Assembly: GCA_964443245.1 (NCBI GenBank)
Contig: CAYUEG010000006.1
Location: forward strand, 1-61,289
From: an uncultured Burkholderiales bacterium
Lineage (GTDB): Bacteria > Pseudomonadota > Gammaproteobacteria > Burkholderiales > JAEUOS01
Length of the DNA: 61,289 nt
Reading direction: 5' to 3'
This document shows, in pieces, positions 19,082-27,427 of the stretch (position 1 is its first letter; the number at the start of each line of letters is the position of its first letter). A program made the translations under genes and the position numbers. Under the pieces are notes generated by a model. It did no database searches and was not told where the DNA came from. It saw only the letters and a list, made by a program, of their open reading frames with translations.

Positions 19082-19746
19082 TTCGCGCTGTCCTGTTTGA
19101 CCTCGATGGCACGCTGCTGCACACGTCGCCCGATCTGGCTGCCGCTGCCAGTGCGGCGTTGCATGAGTGCGGCCTGCCGCAGGTGGATGCAAAGCTGGTC
19201 GAATCGTTTGTCGGCAAAGGTATTGACGTTCTGGTGCAGCGCTGCTTGAAGCAGGTCGGGCATGCCCAGACCGGCCCGACCTTTGAAGCGCTGCGCGATG
19301 CCTACATGCGCTACTACGAGCAGAACAACGGCCGCTACGCCGCGCCCTACGATGGTGTGTTCGAAGGTCTGGAAGCCATGCGCCAGATGGGCCTGAATCT
19401 GGGCGTGTGCACCAACAAGTCGACGCGCTTTGCCGAACCATTGTTGGCGCGCTGCAACATGGCGCATTACTTCAGCGTGGTGGTGTGCGGCGATACCACG
19501 GCTTACAAGAAGCCTCACCCGGCGATGATCGAATATGCCGCAAAGCGTTGGGGGACAACGGTTTCCGACATTCTGTTCATCGGTGATTCGGGCAACGACA
19601 CGGCCGCGGCGCGCGCGGCCGGCTGCCCGGTCTGGGTGGTGCCCTACGGCTACAACGAGGGCCGTCCGGTGCAAACCCTGGACTGCGATGGTATAGTTTC
19701 GACGTTGCAGGAAGCGGCCCAACGGCTTCTTGCAGAGAACAGATAA
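19078..19746 (+). CDS. gph: Phosphoglycolate phosphatase
   Basis: HAD motif DLDGT, TNK, KKPHP, IGDS.ND, VPYGYN. Sits directly before trpE. Confidence 0.9.
   Translation: MIRAVLFDLDGTLLHTSPDLAAAASAALHECGLPQVDAKLVESFVGKGIDVLVQRCLKQVGHAQTGPTFEALRDAYMRYYEQNNGRYAAPYDGVFEGLEAMRQMGLNLGVCTNKSTRFAEPLLARCNMAHYFSVVVCGDTTAYKKPHPAMIEYAAKRWGTTVSDILFIGDSGNDTAAARAAGCPVWVVPYGYNEGRPVQTLDCDGIVSTLQEAAQRLLAENR
19669..19697 (+). promoter_or_regulatory. Candidate sigma70 promoter of the trp operon inside the 3' end of gph
   Basis: GTGCAA-N17-TATAGT, 71 nt upstream of the leader-peptide ATG. Confidence 0.45.
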
Positions 19747-19768
19747 GCGCCATCAAGCATTCCGTCCA

Positions 19769-19852
19769 ATGAACCTGACGAACAAACATCGTGTGTGGAG
19801 CGCCGCTCCGGGGGCATGGCCCTGGCGCCCTGCGGAGATCTCGCGCGGCTGA
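19769..19852 (+). CDS. Putative trp leader peptide, 27 aa MNLTNKHRVWSAAPGAWPWRPAEISRG
   Basis: Manual translation, below the ORF-track cutoff. Three TGG codons (W10, W17, W19) in the gph-trpE gap. Confidence 0.75.
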   Translation: MNLTNKHRVWSAAPGAWPWRPAEISRG

Positions 19853-19868
19853 AAAAGCCCGCCCGTCC

Positions 19869-19910
19869 CGCCGGATCAGCAATCCCGGCGCCTGATGTTG
19901 TTTGACTTTC
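19869..19910 (+). terminator. Candidate attenuator hairpin before trpE
   Basis: CGCCGGAT-CAGCA-ATCCCGGCG stem with one bulge, followed by a broken U-rich run CCTGATGTTGTTTGACTTTC. Confidence 0.4.
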
Positions 19911-19921
19911 AAGGTTCGATC

Positions 19922-21487
19922 ATGACTCCGCAGCAATTCGACGCGCTCGCAGAGCGCGGCTATAACCGCATTCCCCTGGTGCTCGAGACCTTTGCCGATC
20001 TCGATACCCCCCTTTCGATCTATCTGAAGCTGGCCAATCGGCCCTACACCTACCTGCTGGAGTCCGTGCAAGGGGGCGAGCGCTTTGGCCGTTATTCGTT
20101 CATTGGCTTGCCGTGCCAGACGCGCATCGTGGTGCGTGGCGACGTTACGCAAGTGGTGCACGGCGAGACGGTGGCCGAGCAGTCCACCGGGGCCAATCCG
20201 CTCGATTTCATCCGCACCTACATGCGGCGCTTCAAGGTGGCGCCACTGCCCGGTCTGCCCCGGTTTGCGGGTGGTCTGGTTGGCGCCTTCGGGTATGACT
20301 GTGTCCGCTATGTCGAACCCCGCCTGGACAAATTCATTCGTCGCCGCCCGCAGAAGCCGGATCCGATCGGGGCGCCGGACATCGTGCTGTTGCAGAGTGA
20401 AGAAGTGGCGATTGTCGACAATCTGGCCGGCAAGCTCTACCTGGTGGTGTATGCGGATCCGCGCAATCCGGGCAGCTATGCCTACGGGCAGGAGCGCCTG
20501 CGGCAGTTGCTGGCACTGCTGCGCGAGCCGGCCGACATTCCCGACCATGCGCCGGCCGTGGCCCATGTGGCGCAGTCCAACTTCGGCGAGGCGAGCTACC
20601 TGGAAGCCGTGGCGCGCTCCAAGCAATACATCCTTGATGGCGACGTGATGCAGGTGCAGCTTGGCCAGCGCCTGACAAGGCGTTTTGATGCCGAACCGCT
20701 GGCGCTGTACCGGGCGTTGCGTACGCTCAACCCGTCGCCCTACATGTTCTATTTCAATTTTCGCGAGTTTCATGTGGTGGCCGCCTCGCCGGAAATTCTG
20801 GTTCGCGTGGAACCCGAATCGCCCGAGGCAGCCGCTGCCGAAGGCGGCGGAGGCAGCAAGCGCGTGACCATCCGTCCGCTTGCCGGCACGCGCAAGCGCG
20901 GCGCCACGCCGGAAGAGGACAAGGCGCTCGCGGCGGAACTCCTGGCTGACCCCAAGGAGCGCGCGGAACATGTGATGCTGATCGATCTGGGCCGCAACGA
21001 TCTGGGCCGGATTGCCGAGATTGGCAGTGTGAAGGTGACGGACACGATGGTGATCGAGCGCTATTCGCACGTGATGCATATCGTGTCGAACGTCGAAGCG
21101 CGCCTCAAACCGGGCCTGGATGCCATCGACGTCTTCAAGGCGTCGTTTCCCGCCGGCACATTGACGGGCGCACCCAAGGTGCGGGCGATGGAGATCATCG
21201 AGGAACTGGAGCCGGTCAAACGCGGCATTTACGGCGGTGCTGCCGGCTACCTGGGCTTTCATGGCGACATGGACCTGGCCATTACCATTCGCACCGGCGT
21301 GATCAAGGATGGCCTGCTGCATGTACAGGCGGCAGCCGGCATTGTTGCCGATTCAGTACCGGAAGCCGAATGGAACGAGACCCGTATCAAGGCGCAGGCG
21401 GTGTTGCGCGCGGCAGAAATGGCCACAGCGGGTCTGGATACCAAGAGCGGGTCGCGTGCGGCGCCAGCGGCGGGAGGCAAGCCATGA
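19922..21487 (+). CDS. trpE: Anthranilate synthase component I
   Basis: [77 protein letters not shown]. Confidence 0.97.
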   Translation: MTPQQFDALAERGYNRIPLVLETFADLDTPLSIYLKLANRPYTYLLESVQGGERFGRYSFIGLPCQTRIVVRGDVTQVVHGETVAEQSTGANPLDFIRTYMRRFKVAPLPGLPRFAGGLVGAFGYDCVRYVEPRLDKFIRRRPQKPDPIGAPDIVLLQSEEVAIVDNLAGKLYLVVYADPRNPGSYAYGQERLRQLLALLREPADIPDHAPAVAHVAQSNFGEASYLEAVARSKQYILDGDVMQVQLGQRLTRRFDAEPLALYRALRTLNPSPYMFYFNFREFHVVAASPEILVRVEPESPEAAAAEGGGGSKRVTIRPLAGTRKRGATPEEDKALAAELLADPKERAEHVMLIDLGRNDLGRIAEIGSVKVTDTMVIERYSHVMHIVSNVEARLKPGLDAIDVFKASFPAGTLTGAPKVRAMEIIEELEPVKRGIYGGAAGYLGFHGDMDLAITIRTGVIKDGLLHVQAAAGIVADSVPEAEWNETRIKAQAVLRAAEMATAGLDTKSGSRAAPAAGGKP

Positions 21488-22056
21488 TCCTGATGATCGA
21501 CAACTACGATTCGTTCACCTGGAATCTGGTGCAGTACTTCGGTGAGCTGGGTGCCGACATGAAGGTCGTCCTCAATGATGAACTGACGGTGGCCGACGTG
21601 GCGGCCATGCGCCCCGAGAAGATTGTGGTGTCTCCCGGGCCTTGTTCGCCGAACGAAGCCGGCATTTCACTGGAGGCGATCACCACCTTTGCCGGCAAGC
21701 TGCCGATTCTCGGCGTATGCCTGGGACACCAGGCCATTGGTCAGGCCTTTGGTGGCAAGGTGGTACACGCCAAGACCCTGATGCATGGCAAGACAGCGCC
21801 GGTCGAGCACACCAGCCAAGGCGTTTTTGCCGGCTTGCCCTCGCCGTTTACTGCCACGCGCTATCACTCGCTGGCGGTGGAGCGCGCCAGCCTGCCAGAC
21901 TGCCTTGAAGTGACCGCCTGGACGGCCGACGGCGAGATCATGGGCGTCAAGCACAGGACCCTGCCGATCGAAGGCGTACAGTTTCACCCTGAATCGATAC
22001 TGACCGAGCATGGCCATCAGATGCTGAAGAATTTTCTACAAGGAGAGAACCCATGA
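21484..22056 (+). CDS. trpG: Anthranilate synthase component II (glutamine amidotransferase)
   Basis: [39 protein letters not shown]. Confidence 0.96.
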   Translation: MILMIDNYDSFTWNLVQYFGELGADMKVVLNDELTVADVAAMRPEKIVVSPGPCSPNEAGISLEAITTFAGKLPILGVCLGHQAIGQAFGGKVVHAKTLMHGKTAPVEHTSQGVFAGLPSPFTATRYHSLAVERASLPDCLEVTAWTADGEIMGVKHRTLPIEGVQFHPESILTEHGHQMLKNFLQGENP

Positions 22057-23078
22057 TTACCCCCCAGGAAGCCCTCACCCGCGTGATCGAACACCGGGAG
22101 ATTTTTCACGACGAGATGCTCGAGATCATGCGCCAGATCATGAGCGGCCAGATGTCGCCGGTGCTGATTTCGGCCATCATCATCGGCCTGCGCGTGAAGA
22201 AGGAAACGATTGGCGAAATCACCGCTGCGGCACAGGTGATGCGCGAATTGGCGACCAAGGTCAATGTCAAGGATCCGCAGAATCTGGTCGATATCGTCGG
22301 CACCGGCGGCGATGGGTCGCACACCTTCAACATTTCCACTGCGTCGATGTTTGTGACCGCGGCCGCCGGCGCGCGCGTCGCCAAGCACGGCAACCGGGCG
22401 GTGTCGTCCAAATCGGGGGCGGCGGACGTGCTGGAGGCGTTCGGTGCCAACATCGTGCTGCCACCGGCACAGGTCGGCCAGTGCATTGACGAGGTGGGCA
22501 TCGGATTCATGTTTGCCCCCAACCACCATTCGGCGATGAAGCACGCCGCGCCGGTGCGCCGCGAACTGGGCGTGCGTACGATCTTCAACATCCTCGGCCC
22601 GCTCACCAATCCGGCTGGTGCGCCGACGCAACTGATGGGCGTGTTCCACAGCGACCTCGTGGGCATTCAGGCGCGCGTGCTGCAACGTTTGGGTACGCGC
22701 CATGCCATGGTGGTCTACGGCCTTGAAGGCCTGGACGAAATCTCGGTTTCCGGCCGCACTTGCGTCGGCGAGCTGAAGAATGGCAAGGTCGAGGAGTACG
22801 AGATTCACCCAGAGCGCTTCGGCCTGGGCGTGCATGATCCGCGCACCATCAAGGTGGGAACGGTAGAGGAGTCGCGTGACATGGTGCTCTCGGCACTGGA
22901 GAACAAGCCGGGCGCCCCGCGCGACATCGTGGCGGTCAACGCCGGCGCGAGCATCTATGTTTCCGGCAAGGCCGATTCCCTCGAGGCCGGTGTGGAGAAG
23001 GCGTTCGAGATCATCAAGAGTGGTGCGGCGCGTGCCAAGCTGGACGATTTTGTCCGCGCGACCAACCAGTTCAAATAG
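22053..23078 (+). CDS. trpD: Anthranilate phosphoribosyltransferase
   Basis: [43 protein letters not shown]. Confidence 0.97.
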   Translation: MITPQEALTRVIEHREIFHDEMLEIMRQIMSGQMSPVLISAIIIGLRVKKETIGEITAAAQVMRELATKVNVKDPQNLVDIVGTGGDGSHTFNISTASMFVTAAAGARVAKHGNRAVSSKSGAADVLEAFGANIVLPPAQVGQCIDEVGIGFMFAPNHHSAMKHAAPVRRELGVRTIFNILGPLTNPAGAPTQLMGVFHSDLVGIQARVLQRLGTRHAMVVYGLEGLDEISVSGRTCVGELKNGKVEEYEIHPERFGLGVHDPRTIKVGTVEESRDMVLSALENKPGAPRDIVAVNAGASIYVSGKADSLEAGVEKAFEIIKSGAARAKLDDFVRATNQFK

Positions 23079-23081
23079 GCG

Positions 23082-23870
23082 ATGAGCGACATTCTCGACA
23101 GGATTCTGGCTGTCAAGGCCACCGAAGTTGCCGCTGCCAAGGGACGCATGGACCTTGCAGCGATCCGACGTGCGGCCGAGAGCGCAGTGCCGGTGCGCGA
23201 CTTTGCCGGTGCCCTGCGCAGCAAGATTGCCGCAGGCCGGCCTGCCGTGATCGCCGAGATCAAGAAAGCCAGCCCGTCCAAAGGCGTGATCCGCGCGGAC
23301 TTCAAGCCGGCAGAGATTGCGGCGGATTACGCAGCGCATGGGGCGGCCTGCCTTTCGGTACTGACAGACCAGGAGTTCTTCCAGGGCCATGCCGAGTACC
23401 TCAAGGGAGCCCGTGCCGCCTGCCACCTGCCGGTCCTGCGCAAGGATTTCATGGTCGATGAATACCAGGTCTTTGAGGCACGCGCCTGGGGTGCGGATGC
23501 GATTTTGTTGATTGTCGCCGCGCTTGATGCAGGTCAAATGAAGGCGTTTGAGTCCGTCGCGCACGAACTGGGTATGGCAGTATTGGTCGAAGTACATGAT
23601 GCTGCCGAGCTGGACATGGCATTGCAGCTCAAGACCCCGCTTCTCGGCATCAACAACCGCAACCTGCGCACCTTTGAGACTTCGCTGGAATCCACCTTGA
23701 CACTGTTGCCACGCATTCCGCAAGACAGGCTGGTCGTCACCGAATCCGGCATTCTCGGCCCGGCGGATGTGGCGCGGATGCGCTCTGCCGGTGTCAATGC
23801 GTTTTTGGTAGGTGAGGCGTTCATGAAGGCCCCCAGTCCTGGAGAGGAACTGGCACGTTTGTTCGCGTAG
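23082..23870 (+). CDS. trpC: Indole-3-glycerol phosphate synthase
   Basis: [46 protein letters not shown]. Confidence 0.97.
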   Translation: MSDILDRILAVKATEVAAAKGRMDLAAIRRAAESAVPVRDFAGALRSKIAAGRPAVIAEIKKASPSKGVIRADFKPAEIAADYAAHGAACLSVLTDQEFFQGHAEYLKGARAACHLPVLRKDFMVDEYQVFEARAWGADAILLIVAALDAGQMKAFESVAHELGMAVLVEVHDAAELDMALQLKTPLLGINNRNLRTFETSLESTLTLLPRIPQDRLVVTESGILGPADVARMRSAGVNAFLVGEAFMKAPSPGEELARLFA

Positions 23871-23894
23871 TCCCGCAGTCCTTTGGGAGGATCT

Positions 23895-24341
23895 ATGGCC
23901 GCAAAACAGCATGGATACTGGCTCGCAGCCTTCATCGGCCTGACAGCCTTGTGCACCAACGCTTTCGGGCAATTGCCCCAGGTGAAAACCCAGGGCGTCG
24001 TGAGTTACGTTTCCGGTGGGATTGGTGACGACGAAGAGGCCGCCATCCGCGGTGCCGCCAAGGAGTATGGCGTGCTACTGGAATTCACCGAGGTCGAGCG
24101 CGGCACGTCCCACGGCCGCTGGACTGCGGATGTCGGCATCAGCATCAGGGCCGGCAACGAAGTCGTCCTGAACGCCCGCTCCGACGGGCCGCTGATGCTG
24201 GTCAAGCTGAAGCCCGGCAGTTATGTGGCCGAGGCGGACCGCCAGGGCGCAAAGCTCACCAAGCGGCTGGAGGTCAAGGCCAACGCCGTGGCGCGCGAGC
24301 GCTTCTTCTGGATCGTCGAAGGGCCGCTTACGCCACGCTAG
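23895..24341 (+). CDS. Exported hypothetical protein (carboxypeptidase-regulatory/transthyretin-like fold suspected)
   Basis: RBS GGAGGA and signal peptide. YVSGGIGDDEE...GPLMLVKLKPGSY pattern is common in exported betaproteobacterial proteins. Confidence 0.7.
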   Translation: MAAKQHGYWLAAFIGLTALCTNAFGQLPQVKTQGVVSYVSGGIGDDEEAAIRGAAKEYGVLLEFTEVERGTSHGRWTADVGISIRAGNEVVLNARSDGPLMLVKLKPGSYVAEADRQGAKLTKRLEVKANAVARERFFWIVEGPLTPR

Positions 24342-25359
24342 CGGCTTCGCGCGCCACTTCGGCCGCCAGCAACTTGCGAAACTGCACCAGGGCCGCATCC
24401 ATCCACAGCGGCTGCATCGCGCTATCCGGATTCAGGTTCTGGTGCTGCGCGGTGATCATGTCGCGGTCTTCATTGAAAGCCGTCAACAGACTGTTGAAGA
24501 TGCCGTCGGTGATCGCGGAGGCGCCGGCACCGGCCTGATGCGCCTGCTGAAAAAAGTAGTGGGTCGTGGTTTCGGTTTCCGGGGTGAGGGTCTGGCAGCT
24601 GTGCAACTGCACGGCGTTGGCAAGATTGTCGGGTGCATCGGCGACGGGTCGGCCGCCTGATTTCATCAACAGGGTGCCGGGCAGGAGAAAATCGTAGATG
24701 AACCAGCGATCCACGTGGGTGGCGAGCGGGCGGATCTTGCTGTAGTAAGGTGGTGGCGGCACGTTGGGCACGTGGCGGCTGACCCGCAGGCCGCGCTGGC
24801 CACAGGTGTCGATGGGCTCGATCGTCGGGCGCGCCTGCGCGATCGCGGTTGAGCCGCCCAGTGTCTTTTCATGCACGTAAGAGAGATGCGAAAAATCGAG
24901 CAGGTTGTCGCAAATGAGCAGATACGGCGTGTCGTAGTGCATGTAGCCAGGCTTGTAGTGCCACGCCGGATCATCGTTCGAGAAGTTGTCGGGCAACAGG
25001 GCCGTGTCGGCGCGCGCCGCATCTCCCATCCACACAAACACCCACTTGTTCCTTGACACCACGGGGTAGGTCCTGACGCGCAAGCCCGCCGGCGCCTTCT
25101 CCAGCCCCGGGACTTCGACGCACCGACCTGTGGCGTCGAATTTGAGCCCGTGGTAACCGCAGCGAATGCAGTCGCCCTCACGTTTGCCTTTCGAGAGCGG
25201 CGCCTGACGGTGGCAACAGCGGTCTTCCAGCACCGTCCATTCGCGGGCTGCGGTACGGTAGACGAGGAGTGGTTCTCCCAGCACCTTGCGGGCAAGGACG
25301 CCTCCTTCAGGGATCTCATGATCCCAGGCGATGACATACCAGCAATTGCGCAACCACAT
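24328..25359 (-). CDS. Rieske non-heme iron oxygenase alpha subunit, VanA/TsaM-like
   Basis: Rieske ligands DRCCHR...CGYHG, mononuclear Fe motif DNLLDFSHLSYVH, C-terminal FNEDR. RBS GGAGA before MWLRNCWY. Confidence 0.92.
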   Translation of the reverse strand: MWLRNCWYVIAWDHEIPEGGVLARKVLGEPLLVYRTAAREWTVLEDRCCHRQAPLSKGKREGDCIRCGYHGLKFDATGRCVEVPGLEKAPAGLRVRTYPVVSRNKWVFVWMGDAARADTALLPDNFSNDDPAWHYKPGYMHYDTPYLLICDNLLDFSHLSYVHEKTLGGSTAIAQARPTIEPIDTCGQRGLRVSRHVPNVPPPPYYSKIRPLATHVDRWFIYDFLLPGTLLMKSGGRPVADAPDNLANAVQLHSCQTLTPETETTTHYFFQQAHQAGAGASAITDGIFNSLLTAFNEDRDMITAQHQNLNPDSAMQPLWMDAALVQFRKLLAAEVAREAASVA

Positions 25360-25501
25360 GAGGGTTTCTCCAGGCCGGGGGTATGGCAGGGGGCGGTGGC
25401 GGGTCGGGACACGCCGCCGCCGGCGAAATGGTACACGCCGGGCGCGCGGTTTGGCTGCAGGCGATGTACCGGCCAGGCGCATGCGGCAAGGTTACAGGCG
25501 C

Positions 25502-25518
25502 CATAATGGAAACTTATG
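25502..25518. promoter_or_regulatory. LysR recognition site (T-N11-A) in the divergent promoter
   Basis: CATAA-TGGAAAC-TTATG inverted repeat between the Rieske gene and lysR. Confidence 0.7.
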
Positions 25519-25586
25519 CCATCACGGGTTGCGCGTTTTCGTTCGCCCACCCAAAATGAACCGGTTCAACAGAAGGAAGCGACGCA

Positions 25587-26552
25587 ATGCGTGCCCCCCC
25601 GCTTGACTTGAGGCTGCTGGAAGTGTTCGAGGCAGTATTCGTGGAGAAAAGCCTGACCAACGCCGCCGTCAAGCTTTCCATGAGCCAACCGGCGGTCAGC
25701 CAGGGTCTGGCGCGCCTGCGCGCCCATTTTGGCGATCCGTTGTTTGTGCGCCTGGTCGGCGGCATGGAGCCGACGCCGCGTGCCAAAGAGTTGTTCGGTT
25801 CGGTCAGCAGCATTCTTAAGGAAGCGCGCGAATCGCTGGTGGCCAAGCCTGCATTCGAAGCGGCCGACAGTACGCGTGAATTCGTCATTGCCACCACCGA
25901 TCTGGGGGCGGCGGCACTGATCCCCGGCCTGATCGATGCCGTGCGCAAAAGTGCACCGCACGTGCGGATCGCCAGTGTGAGTGCAGACGGGCGCGACCTT
26001 GCCGAGGCGATGGCCGCCGGCGATGTGGACCTGGCGATCGGCAATTTCCCTGTTTTGCAAACCGGCTTTTACCAGCAGGGCCTGTACCAGGAAACCTATG
26101 TGCTGCTCGCCAACCCGGCACGCGCGCGTGCCGAGGAGGAACTCACTCTGGAGGAGTTCCGTGCTTCGCGGCATGTCCTGGTGACGGCGGGCACCTCCGG
26201 GCATTTCCACGGCGAGATCGAGCGACGCCTGCGGGCGCTGATTCCACCCGACCATGTGGTGGCAACGCTGTCCAATTTCATTGTGGCGCCGCTGGTGGCG
26301 CGCGGTAGTGATCTTCTGGTGACCGTTCCCAGCAGGGTGGCGCGTATCTATGCCACGCTGTTCGGGCTGGAAGAACTGGCACCGCCGCTCGAACTCCCCG
26401 CCTATCCGATCACCCAGTACTGGCATGCGCGTTATCACCATGATCCGGGGTTGATGTGGATGCGGCGTCTGGTGCACGAACTGTACTCGGCAGGAGGCGA
26501 GGCACATGCCGTGTTTTCAGGGGGTGATGCCAGTGTGGAGTACAGCGAATGA
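25587..26552 (+). CDS. LysR-family regulator (NahR/DntR/NodD-like subgroup)
   Basis: LDLRLLEVFEAV...SLTNAAVKLSMSQPAVSQGLARLR.HFGDPLFVR..GGMEPTPRA, and YWHARYHHDPG..WMR. Confidence 0.93.
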   Translation: MRAPPLDLRLLEVFEAVFVEKSLTNAAVKLSMSQPAVSQGLARLRAHFGDPLFVRLVGGMEPTPRAKELFGSVSSILKEARESLVAKPAFEAADSTREFVIATTDLGAAALIPGLIDAVRKSAPHVRIASVSADGRDLAEAMAAGDVDLAIGNFPVLQTGFYQQGLYQETYVLLANPARARAEEELTLEEFRASRHVLVTAGTSGHFHGEIERRLRALIPPDHVVATLSNFIVAPLVARGSDLLVTVPSRVARIYATLFGLEELAPPLELPAYPITQYWHARYHHDPGLMWMRRLVHELYSAGGEAHAVFSGGDASVEYSE

Positions 26553-27427
26553 GCGCGCTCCAGTACTTGCGGCCGACCCGGCTGGACGAAGCGCTCGCCG
26601 CGCTGGCGGCGCAACCCTGGGCGGTGCTGGCCGGCGGCACGGACTTTTATCCGGCACGTGTGGGAAAACCGGTCGATATGGACATTCTCGATATCACCCG
26701 GGTGGCGAACCTGCGCGGGATCCGCGAGGAAGGCCACTGCTTTCGTATCGGAGCTGCCGTCACCTGGAGCGAACTGATCGCCACCTCGCTGCCGCCCCAG
26801 TTTGATGGATTGAAGGCCGCCGCCCGTGAAGTGGGCGGTGCGCAGATCCAGAATGCCGGCACCGTGGTGGGTAACCTGTGCAACGCCTCCCCGGCAGCGG
26901 ATGGCGTTCCTGCGTTGCTGGCGTTGGGGGCGCAGGTCGAGTTGGCCTCGACGAAAGCGAAGCGCCGCTTGCCGCTGGCCGATTTTGTGTGCGGCAACCG
27001 CAAGACTGCCCGCCGGCCACAGGAACTGGTGACGGCGGTGCTGGTGCCCAAATGGCGTGCCAATGCCCAAGGGGTGTTTCTGAAGCTGGGCCACCGGCGC
27101 TATCTGGTGATCTCGATTGCGATGGTATCGGCGGTCGTAGCGTTGGACGACGCCGGGCGGGTGGCCATGTGCGGCATCGCCGTGGGGGCCTGCTCTGCCG
27201 TCGCGCAACGGCTGCCCGGGCTGGAAGCCAGGCTCACCGGTCGGCCGGCACGGGAGGCCGCCGGGCTGGTCACAGCGGAGGATCTGCGTCACTTGACCCC
27301 GATCGATGATGTGCGCGGCAGTGCGGCCTACCGCCTCGATGCCGCACTGACGCTGGTGCGTGAGGCCGTCGCGCTGGCGGTGGATGCCAAGGCCGCAGCG
27401 GCGTTGGCCGGTGGAGGAATGCGATGA
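26549..27427 (+). CDS. Xanthine dehydrogenase-family FAD-binding subunit
   Basis: LAGGTDFYP, AQIQNAGTVVGNLCNASPAADG, PIDDVRGSAAYR. Confidence 0.92.
   Translation: MSALQYLRPTRLDEALAALAAQPWAVLAGGTDFYPARVGKPVDMDILDITRVANLRGIREEGHCFRIGAAVTWSELIATSLPPQFDGLKAAAREVGGAQIQNAGTVVGNLCNASPAADGVPALLALGAQVELASTKAKRRLPLADFVCGNRKTARRPQELVTAVLVPKWRANAQGVFLKLGHRRYLVISIAMVSAVVALDDAGRVAMCGIAVGACSAVAQRLPGLEARLTGRPAREAAGLVTAEDLRHLTPIDDVRGSAAYRLDAALTLVREAVALAVDAKAAAALAGGGMR

Noticed and set aside
19922-23870. trp operon lacking trpF, trpB and trpA
   Set aside because: Split trpEGDC and trpFBA clusters are the normal arrangement in betaproteobacteria.
25360-25482. Arg-rich N-terminal extension of the Rieske ORF
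   Set aside because: A clear RBS precedes MWLRNCWY at 25359, which matches the family start. The extension is promoter-region sequence.
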